From assembly GCA_029858205.1 (NCBI GenBank), contig JAOUFM010000007.1:36423-100422 (forward strand): a stretch of DNA of 64,000 nt. Direction: 5' to 3'. The notes beneath the pieces were generated by a model that did not search any database, was not told the origin of the DNA, and saw only the letters and a program-made list of their open reading frames with translations. Origin of the DNA: Deltaproteobacteria bacterium. Its GTDB lineage: Bacteria; Desulfobacterota; GWC2-55-46; DRQE01. A program made the translations under genes and the position numbers. Positions 59,201 through 64,000 of this stretch are shown here, piece after piece; positions within the stretch are counted from its first letter, which is position 1; the number at the start of each line of letters is the position of its first letter.

Positions 59201-59463
59201 GCTTCACGTCATTTGCCTATCTCAGGGAGTTGAACGTGAGTTACATAAAGATAGACGGCTCGTTCGTAAGAAAACTCGACACCTCTCCCAAAGACCAGCT
59301 TCTTGTAAAATCCATTGCCGAAATCGCCAGAGGCATGAACGTAAAGACCATAGCCGAGTTCGTGGAGAACGAGGCTTCTCTTAACCTTTTGAAGGAGTTC
59401 AGTGTTGACTACGCCCAGGGCTATCATGTCGGGCGTCCGGCTCCGTTCAAGGACCTTGATTAG
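56284..59463 (+). CDS. Membrane sensor: Cache-like periplasmic domain-HAMP-PAS-PAS-GGDEF(degenerate)-EAL
   Basis: Two TM segments flank a roughly 280-aa extracytoplasmic region. HAMP (DEIGRLVDAFNSM) and two PAS domains are present. The GGDEF position reads SADEF. EAL motifs are intact (YEALARL, FEITET, DDFGVG, KIDGSF, EFVE, QGY). Confidence 0.9.
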   Translation: MWKYGDSLARKALIAVFILLLPMAVAFLYTYTSTKQKLLNTTLEELLVTAEGYEALVYSFIEMSKRRAEDFASDGLIRRELKRGGSGAALSAHLVKNKIVLDKTLLYINVLDLKGRVVASTDKRNVGKNYFDEDVFKKGVVRTVFLEDHHGGEGQDIANIEVATPVRDVDTGAVIGVLVNDIKFDELDSLVSGAFLARHGAISYGKGSRETLEIYLVDDHKHFLTSSRFLPDVILKAKVDTLPVNACVNESKEMKGYYDDYRGMRVGGVSMCLPELSWTLLTEIDEREVLRPINEILRSVLIAAFIAVLLMFLLYYLFLKYVIRPLDSLVVASEKLAKGDYDIALPVTTSDEIGRLVDAFNSMTVDIRERTAEIKKSEASLLNAQRVAHMGNWDWNIVTGDLHWSPEIYRIFGIDPYEFKETYDAFLERVHPDDRQYVIDSVNAALANEKPYSIDHRLITVTGEERIVHEEAEVTFNNGKPVKMTGTVQDVTEARRSEYELKKLTMVIEQSINLVFITDSIGKIEYVNPTFENISGYSREECIGKYPTIVASGDTSAEDYKKLWNTISSGKTWRGVFKNKKKNGEYFWVSSIISPIRDDKGAITHYLAIQEDVTDRMQAEEKMRYLSYHDELTGLYNRQHFIHIVDSWLALGDGAEGPEGVGVLMIFDLDQFKFINNTYGHGMGDSVLVRIARLVENKLTSQEFPFVKDVSSGVILSRLSADEFAVFLPGLGEAQAVAAAEYLRGCIEHYNPVEISGKLTASIGCALYPSHGDSARKLLSKADAACYRAKELGRNRARLYKEEDGVLEQMRDRLTRKDMIIEAVDNNRFEPWFQPIMNIETGEVSHYEALARLRDASGGIVMPGEFIDTAERFGLIAQVNNMVFEKSLDTMLKLNKAGRKVTFSVNLSGRMIGEEETLIYLKETIKKSGVDPSCIVFEITETAMVQDIKLAKGFIDDLRSVGCHFSLDDFGVGFTSFAYLRELNVSYIKIDGSFVRKLDTSPKDQLLVKSIAEIARGMNVKTIAEFVENEASLNLLKEFSVDYAQGYHVGRPAPFKDLD

Positions 59464-59480
59464 AGGCATTTCCGGGAAGG

Positions 59481-60395
59481 ATGCGCATGATTTTTTTTTC
59501 AGGTAAATACAGGTTTGCCGCCACTGCGTTTCTTGCAGCAGCTCTTTTGGTGGTCGGTGTTCCTTCCTCTACGCGCGGCTCGGGCGCGACGGCTGCCGCT
59601 GCGCCTGCGGCAGCGCCAAAGCCTGCTGTGTCTTCCATAGGCGATGCCTACGACGGCGAGCTCTACGGCTACCGCGTAAGCTTCTGGTATTTCAAGAAGG
59701 CAGCCGAGGCCTCTGTAGGCATATCTTCCGTTGGAAATGGCCGTTACAAGGCCGTTCTTTCGGCGCATACAACTGGTGTGCTTTCCTGGGTTCCGGGGCT
59801 TAGGCACAGAGAGGACACTTTTACAGCGCTTTTAGAGGAAACCGACGGAGGCAGGCGTTTCAGGACGCTTGAGTACGAAGAGGTTACCAAACTCGGCTCA
59901 AAGCTCACGAAAAAGACCTTTGTATTCGATTATGCTAAGCGAAGCGTCCAGGTAGACCAGTGGAAGAACGGCGAGCACAGAAGGTCGTTTGTGCTGACGT
60001 TTAAGGAAGGCGAATCCTTCGACGATCCGCTTTGCGCTTTCTATAATTTCCGCTACGGCGTCTACGGCCCCATAAAGGCCGGCTCCGAGTACAGGATAAA
60101 GACCATTCCAAGGAAGAAGGACGGCGAGGACATAGAGCTTTTGCTAAGCCTTATTTCGTCCAAGGATTACGATGCGCGTTATTTAAAGGCTAACGGAGAA
60201 GGGTACTACGCCTACGTGAAGCTCGATAAGGAGTTTCTCGATTCTTCTTCCGGCAATATAGAGATACTCTTTGATCCTGCCATGGCCCCCAAGGCCACCG
60301 TGGCCAAGGACATAATGCTCTTTGGCGACGTAAAGGGCGCGCTTACCGGCGCTACCAGGCCCAAGAAGGCCGTTTCGGGAAAACCTTCCGAGTAA
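59481..60395 (+). CDS. Secreted hypothetical protein, possibly DUF3108-like
   Basis: Signal peptide plus an Ala/Pro linker. Weak resemblance to the DUF3108 pattern (GELYGYRV..A.A...; DDPLCAFYNFRYG). Lies 18 nt after the GGDEF/EAL gene. Confidence 0.4.
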   Translation: MRMIFFSGKYRFAATAFLAAALLVVGVPSSTRGSGATAAAAPAAAPKPAVSSIGDAYDGELYGYRVSFWYFKKAAEASVGISSVGNGRYKAVLSAHTTGVLSWVPGLRHREDTFTALLEETDGGRRFRTLEYEEVTKLGSKLTKKTFVFDYAKRSVQVDQWKNGEHRRSFVLTFKEGESFDDPLCAFYNFRYGVYGPIKAGSEYRIKTIPRKKDGEDIELLLSLISSKDYDARYLKANGEGYYAYVKLDKEFLDSSSGNIEILFDPAMAPKATVAKDIMLFGDVKGALTGATRPKKAVSGKPSE

Positions 60396-60433
60396 AGTTA
60401 TTTTTTTTCTACATTGTTGCGGCGCCATGTTGC

Positions 60434-60473
60434 GCCGCTGCCGGCTGGGTGCCGCCGGCAGCGGCATTTTTTT
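60434..60473 (+). terminator. Strong intrinsic terminator (gccgctgccggc-loop-gccggcagcggc + aTTTTTTT)
   Basis: 12-bp perfect GC-rich stem (60434-60445 / 60454-60465) followed by a T7 run. Confidence 0.85.
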
Positions 60474-60532
60474 ATGGAGTGGAGCCGGATACTCCGGCTT
60501 TGTAGTCCACGGGGCGCTTTCGAAGAATGTGC

Positions 60533-60561
60533 TTTACACACACATAAATAAATGATATAAT
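60533..60561 (+). promoter_or_regulatory. Near-consensus sigma-70 promoter TTTACA-17 nt-(TGa)TATAAT with no obvious downstream gene
   Basis: -35 at 60533-60538, extended -10 TGaTATAAT at 60553-60561, and an exact 17-nt spacer. Read directly. Confidence 0.55.
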
Positions 60562-60983
60562 ATAAGCAATCGAAAATTGAATATGACGGCTGTTTTCAGT
60601 CGGTAGCTAAAAAATAAGTTTGCTTGCGAAATAAAACATTTTAACGTCGAAAAATCCTTAAATACAGTGATTTTAGCGGTTTCTATTGAATGCACAGCCG
60701 CGTATTGGTTTTATGCTCAAGCAGGGTAACGTTTTGCAGGACATTTGTTTATCTTCATGATGATTTTTGTAATGTGCATGATACGCACTACAATCGGCAT
60801 CTGTGGAGGTTTTTCTTGGACACCAAGCAAGGCATAGACTCTTACGCTCCTTGCCCCGTACTTCGGGTTTGGGCAGGTAGTCTTTACCGAGCTGCATAAA
60901 GACGTTATGCAGACGGTTATCGTGTTCTACTTTGGCGGCAGGACGATTGAAAAGGTCGGCGGAAGTGTATGGGGGAGGTAATA

Positions 60984-62174
60984 TTACCTCCCCATCTTCC
61001 TCGCAATAACGAACTTCAAGTAATGCGTCTCGGGCATGGATAATAGCACCGGGTGGTCCTTTGATTGTGTCCGCATCTCGAGTATGTCGAGCAGCGAGTC
61101 CGCGTCAGAGGCAGCGTCGTTTAATACGTCCAGGAACGCGCCAAGCGTTACGTTATGCGAGCACGAGGCAGTGATTAGAAAGCCGCCGTCCTCCAGAAGT
61201 TTCAAGCCGTACAGGTTTATGTCCTTGTAGCCGCGTAATGCGCCTTCGCGCCTATCTTTGGTCTTTAAAAACGACGGCGGGTCGAGTATTACTGCGCCGT
61301 ATTTTTCTCCTGCAGCCGCTTTTTCGCGTAGCAGGTCGAAGGAGTCGGCGCGAAGGCAGTTAATAGCGCTGTCCATCTTGTTTAGCGCGACGTTTCTTTT
61401 TAGCCCCTCGAATGCCTTTTTCGAATCCTCCACTGCGTCAACTGACGTAGCGTTGTAGTTAACGGCGTATATTGCGAACGAACCTGTGTTGGTGAATGCG
61501 TCGAGCACGCGCTTATTCTTAACATACGGCTCGATGACGCGCCTGTTTTCAGCCTGGTCAAGGTAGAACCCTGTTTTTTGCCCTTCTAGCGGGTCGACCT
61601 CGAAGGACACGCCATCGGTCTCCAATATAAGAGGAGAGGGCAGTGTGCCGTAAACGACTTCCTTTACGGTCTTTAGCCCTTCTTTTTCGCGCACAGATGA
61701 ATCGCTTTTTTCTATTATCGCAGCAGGCGAGAATATGTCCTTTAGTATTTTGACGATTGCGCTTCTACGCACGTCCATGCCAAGCGAAAGTAGCTGTATT
61801 ACGACGACGTCTTTGTATTTGTCGACAATGAGCCCCGGGAGCAGGTCTCCTTCGCTAAATACCACTCTGTACGTGCCTTTTAGAACATCGTAGCCGAGGT
61901 CTGCTCTGCGTTTTATTGAAGCCTCGATTCTTGTTTTCAGGAATTTTTCTCCCGTGTCTTCGGGTCTGAATGTCAGGACTCGTCCGGCTATCTTGGATTT
62001 CCTATTTACGTAGCCCCTGGCTATGAACTTTCCCCGCGAGTCCACGAAGTCAGCGTCTGCTCCGTCGGTAAGGGCGCCGCCCGTGATTCCTGCGATTTCG
62101 TTATCATAGACCCAGAGATGCCCTGCCTTAAGCCTTTTTGCGCACCTGTCGGTTATTTTTATTTTCGCGTTCAT
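60984..62174 (-). CDS. rlmI: Class I SAM-dependent rRNA (cytosine-C5) methyltransferase, RlmI-like (PUA + MTase)
   Basis: N-terminal PUA-like region (RLKAGHLWVYDNEI), SAM motif I (VLDAFTNTGSFA), and motif IV (VILDPPSF). The ATG at 62174 gives 396 aa. The upstream 71 codons of the track ORF are unlikely to be coding. Confidence 0.85.
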   Translation of the reverse strand: MNAKIKITDRCAKRLKAGHLWVYDNEIAGITGGALTDGADADFVDSRGKFIARGYVNRKSKIAGRVLTFRPEDTGEKFLKTRIEASIKRRADLGYDVLKGTYRVVFSEGDLLPGLIVDKYKDVVVIQLLSLGMDVRRSAIVKILKDIFSPAAIIEKSDSSVREKEGLKTVKEVVYGTLPSPLILETDGVSFEVDPLEGQKTGFYLDQAENRRVIEPYVKNKRVLDAFTNTGSFAIYAVNYNATSVDAVEDSKKAFEGLKRNVALNKMDSAINCLRADSFDLLREKAAAGEKYGAVILDPPSFLKTKDRREGALRGYKDINLYGLKLLEDGGFLITASCSHNVTLGAFLDVLNDAASDADSLLDILEMRTQSKDHPVLLSMPETHYLKFVIARKMGR

Positions 62175-62328
62175 TGTTTGTAGGATTCTATCATACGTTG
62201 TCATTATATTGCGAAAATATTTTGCTTCGCCGGAAGGCTTGGGAGTAGTATAATTGCCGTGGTAAGTGCGGTGGTATGCCGAGATAATGAAAATGCGTGG
62301 AATGCGGCATGTTGCAAAGGAGGGGGTT

Positions 62329-63630
62329 GTGAAGAACGCGAAAAAGTCCTTTGGTCTTGAGTGTATTGTTTTGGCGCTGCTGTGCATGGTGTTGCCGTCC
62401 TGCGCGGATAAGCCTGTGTCGATGGTTTATCCCGGCAAGCTTGTTGCCTCGGATGGCTCGGCAAACGATTGGTTCGGTCTGTCGGTTTCTGCGTCGGCCG
62501 ACGGCTCTACTATTGTTGTCGGCGCGCTTTTCGACGACGTTGACGTGAATACCGATCAGGGCTCGGCTTATGTGTATAGATGGAATGGAAGCTCGTGGTC
62601 GGAAACAAGACTTGTTGCCTCGGATGGCCGTGGAGGCGATCAGTTTGGTAATTCGGTTTCTGTATCTTCCGATGGTTCTACGGTTGTTGTTGGTGCGCAT
62701 GAAGATGACATTAATGGCCGTGACTCCGGCGCCGTGTATGTATATAAATGGAACGAAAGTTCATGGAATGAGACCAAGCTTATGGCATCGGACGGCGCTG
62801 CGGTGGATTATTTTGGCTGGTCGGTTGCGGTATCTTCTGATGGTGCTATGGTGGTTGTCGGTGCGTATAAGGGTGATGTTGGCGTTAATGTGAATCAGGG
62901 CTCGGCGTATGTGTATAAATGGAATGGAAGTTCGTGGAATGAGACTAAACTTGTTGCGTCTGATGGCGATGAAGGCGACTGGTTTGGTGTATCGGTCTAT
63001 GCGTCAGCCGACGGCTCTACTATTGTTGTCGGTGCGCCATCGGACGACGTTGACGCGAATACCGAGCAGGGCTCGGCGTATGTGTATAAATGGAATGGAA
63101 GTTCGTGGAATGAGACCAAACTTACGGCATCGGACGGCGCAGCGTATGACTCGTTTGGTGGTTCGGTCTCGGTATTGTCCGACGGCACTATGGTTGTTGT
63201 AGGCGCACCAATGAGCGACGATAATGGCAATTCGGGGTTAGCGTATGTATATAGGTGGACAGGAAACTCTTGGCAGGAAACAAAGATTGCTTCACCTGGT
63301 GGGGAGGAATACGACAGATTCGGTATGTCGGTCTCTATATCGCAAGACGGCTCTATAGTTGTTATTGGTGCGCCTTATTTTGTCAAGGGAGAGAATAAAA
63401 ATCAAGGCTCGGCGTATGTGTATAAATGGAACGGAGAGTCATGGTCAGAGGTCAAGCTTACACCACTTGATGGCGCTATGAGAAGTAGTTTAGGTATATC
63501 GGTTTCTGCATCATCCGACGGCTCTATTATTGTTGTCGGCGCGTTTTTAGATGATGTTGGCACGAATACCGATCAGGGCTCTGCTTATGTGTATAAATGG
63601 AACGGCTCGGCGTATGTGGTAGGGTTTTAA
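62329..63630 (+). CDS. Lipoprotein with seven FG-GAP repeats (integrin-alpha-type beta-propeller)
   Basis: AAGGAGGG Shine-Dalgarno before the GTG at 62329 and lipobox LPSC. Seven roughly 57-aa repeats follow the pattern L.ASDG...D.FG.SV..S.DGS..VVGAP.DD....QGSAYVYKWNGSSW.E.K. Confidence 0.82.
   Translation: MKNAKKSFGLECIVLALLCMVLPSCADKPVSMVYPGKLVASDGSANDWFGLSVSASADGSTIVVGALFDDVDVNTDQGSAYVYRWNGSSWSETRLVASDGRGGDQFGNSVSVSSDGSTVVVGAHEDDINGRDSGAVYVYKWNESSWNETKLMASDGAAVDYFGWSVAVSSDGAMVVVGAYKGDVGVNVNQGSAYVYKWNGSSWNETKLVASDGDEGDWFGVSVYASADGSTIVVGAPSDDVDANTEQGSAYVYKWNGSSWNETKLTASDGAAYDSFGGSVSVLSDGTMVVVGAPMSDDNGNSGLAYVYRWTGNSWQETKIASPGGEEYDRFGMSVSISQDGSIVVIGAPYFVKGENKNQGSAYVYKWNGESWSEVKLTPLDGAMRSSLGISVSASSDGSIIVVGAFLDDVGTNTDQGSAYVYKWNGSAYVVGF
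62440..63627 (+). repeat. Seven tandem ~170-bp coding repeats; blades 3/4 and 4/5 junctions share a 57-nt stretch with one mismatch
   Basis: 62896-62952 versus 63067-63123 differ at one base (62946 t / 63117 c). gccgacggctctactattgttgtcgg also recurs, near 62496 and 63007. Confidence 0.9.
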
Positions 63631-63697
63631 GCCGCGTTGCGTTGCAAGGGAAGTCTGCCTGGAAAATCCCGTGTAGGTGAAAAACTTTTTCATCTCC

Positions 63698-63734
63698 GGC
63701 TGCGACCTGATAAGGCCGCAGCTGTTTGTTTTTT
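63698..63734 (+). terminator. Weak intrinsic terminator after the FG-GAP gene
   Basis: 6-7 bp stem (ggctgcg / cgcagct), a 12-nt loop, then tgtttgtttttt. Confidence 0.4.
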
Positions 63735-63852
63735 AGGGCAAGGGAATGGCAGAACACCATGTTGCAAAAAAGAGAATGGGAGTCCTTTGTGTGGTTTTTA
63801 TGATACAGTGCAATATGAGAATTATTTTATAACTGCTTGATTTTTAAAAGAA

Positions 63853-63881
63853 TTGCTATGTGGCACGAAGTTTGCTATAAT
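63853..63881 (+). promoter_or_regulatory. Sigma-70 promoter candidate TTGCTA-17 nt-TATAAT upstream of lpxC
   Basis: Read directly. The -10 ends 9 nt before the lpxC ATG and there is no Shine-Dalgarno. Confidence 0.5.
63861..63876 (+). promoter_or_regulatory. Sigma-54-type -24/-12 element TGGCAC-N5-TTGCT embedded in the same promoter
   Basis: Exact match to TGGCAC-N5-TTGCW with correct GG/GC spacing. No functional evidence. Confidence 0.3.
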
Positions 63882-63890
63882 ATAGATACT

Positions 63891-64000
63891 ATGTATCAGC
63901 ATACCATTGCAAACAGTATAGAATTCACAGGCGTAGGGGTTCATACAGGCGCTTTGTCGCACGTGAGAGTGCTACCGTCCGATACCGAAGGCATAGTCTT
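63891..64000 (+). CDS. lpxC: UDP-3-O-acyl-N-acetylglucosamine deacetylase, 3'-truncated by window edge
   Basis: MYQHTIANSIEFTGVGVHTGALSHVRVLP matches the LpxC N-terminal pattern (..TGVGLHTG..V.L.P). Confidence 0.8.
   Translation, partial: MYQHTIANSIEFTGVGVHTGALSHVRVLPSDTEGIV

Noticed and set aside
60673-60899. Two small ORFs (74 aa minus strand, 69 aa plus strand) in the non-coding region
   Set aside because: They are mutually antisense and Cys/His/Arg-rich, with no Shine-Dalgarno and no family motif. I did not call them as CDS and discuss the region as a finding instead.
62175-62700. N-terminal extension of the rlmI ORF to 62387, and the 169-aa and 86-aa minus-strand ORFs
   Set aside because: The extension adds 71 non-conserved residues and would overlap the divergent FG-GAP gene. 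The ATG at 62174 gives a canonical-length RlmI. The other ORFs are antisense to the FG-GAP repeats.
62440-63627. Regular ~170-bp DNA repeats that could be mistaken for a repeat array or CRISPR
   Set aside because: The repeats are in-frame coding units of the FG-GAP propeller. There is no short-repeat/unique-spacer organisation, and no cas genes are in the window.
63747-63766. TGGCAG...TTGCA sigma-54-like pair
   Set aside because: The GG-to-GC spacing is 16 nt, which is incompatible with a -24/-12 promoter.

Overview
This 64 kb window looks like a core chromosomal segment of a diderm (Gram-negative-type) bacterium, tightly packed and read mostly from protein motifs. All family assignments are motif recognition by eye, with no database search run.

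Gene order:
- pnp (5'-truncated), M16 peptidase, an orphan OmpR-type response regulator, a GlcD/GlcF-like oxidoreductase pair, and a GH57 glycoside hydrolase.
- A long envelope/sigma-54/PTS super-locus: kdsC-lptC-lptA-lptB-rpoN-hpf-ptsN-hprK-rapZ-EIIA(Man)-EIIB(Man)-ptsH-ptsI.
- metK-ahcY, bamD, and a TPR protein.
- A long minus-strand block: mreB-mreC-mreD-mrdA-rodA-pgpA-cinA/pncC-thpR-recA-pilT-recX-alaS.
- ppiD, proS.
- A roughly 5 kb accessory patch: an AlbA_2/Schlafen-type protein, a probably leaderless 4-TM protein, and two tandem secreted DUF1311-type paralogs.
- leuS-lptE-holA, rpsT, murJ, mazG, selA.
- A Cache-HAMP-PAS-PAS-GGDEF-EAL signalling protein with a DUF3108-like partner.
- An ORF-less roughly 0.5 kb region carrying a near-consensus promoter.
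- An rlmI-like methyltransferase, a seven-blade FG-GAP lipoprotein, and the start of lpxC.

I saw no rRNA, tRNA, CRISPR array, integrase or recognisable IS element.

No clear multi-gene novel system is evident. The best candidates for something undescribed are:
- the AT-rich AlbA_2-domain gene with its palindromic operator-like site (42.1-43.5 kb);
- the internally duplicated DUF1311 tandem paralogs (44.1-47.2 kb);
- the AT-rich orphan ORF coupled to the GH57 gene (8.6-10.0 kb);
- the promoter-bearing non-coding stretch at 60.5-61.0 kb;
- pilT inserted between recA and recX.
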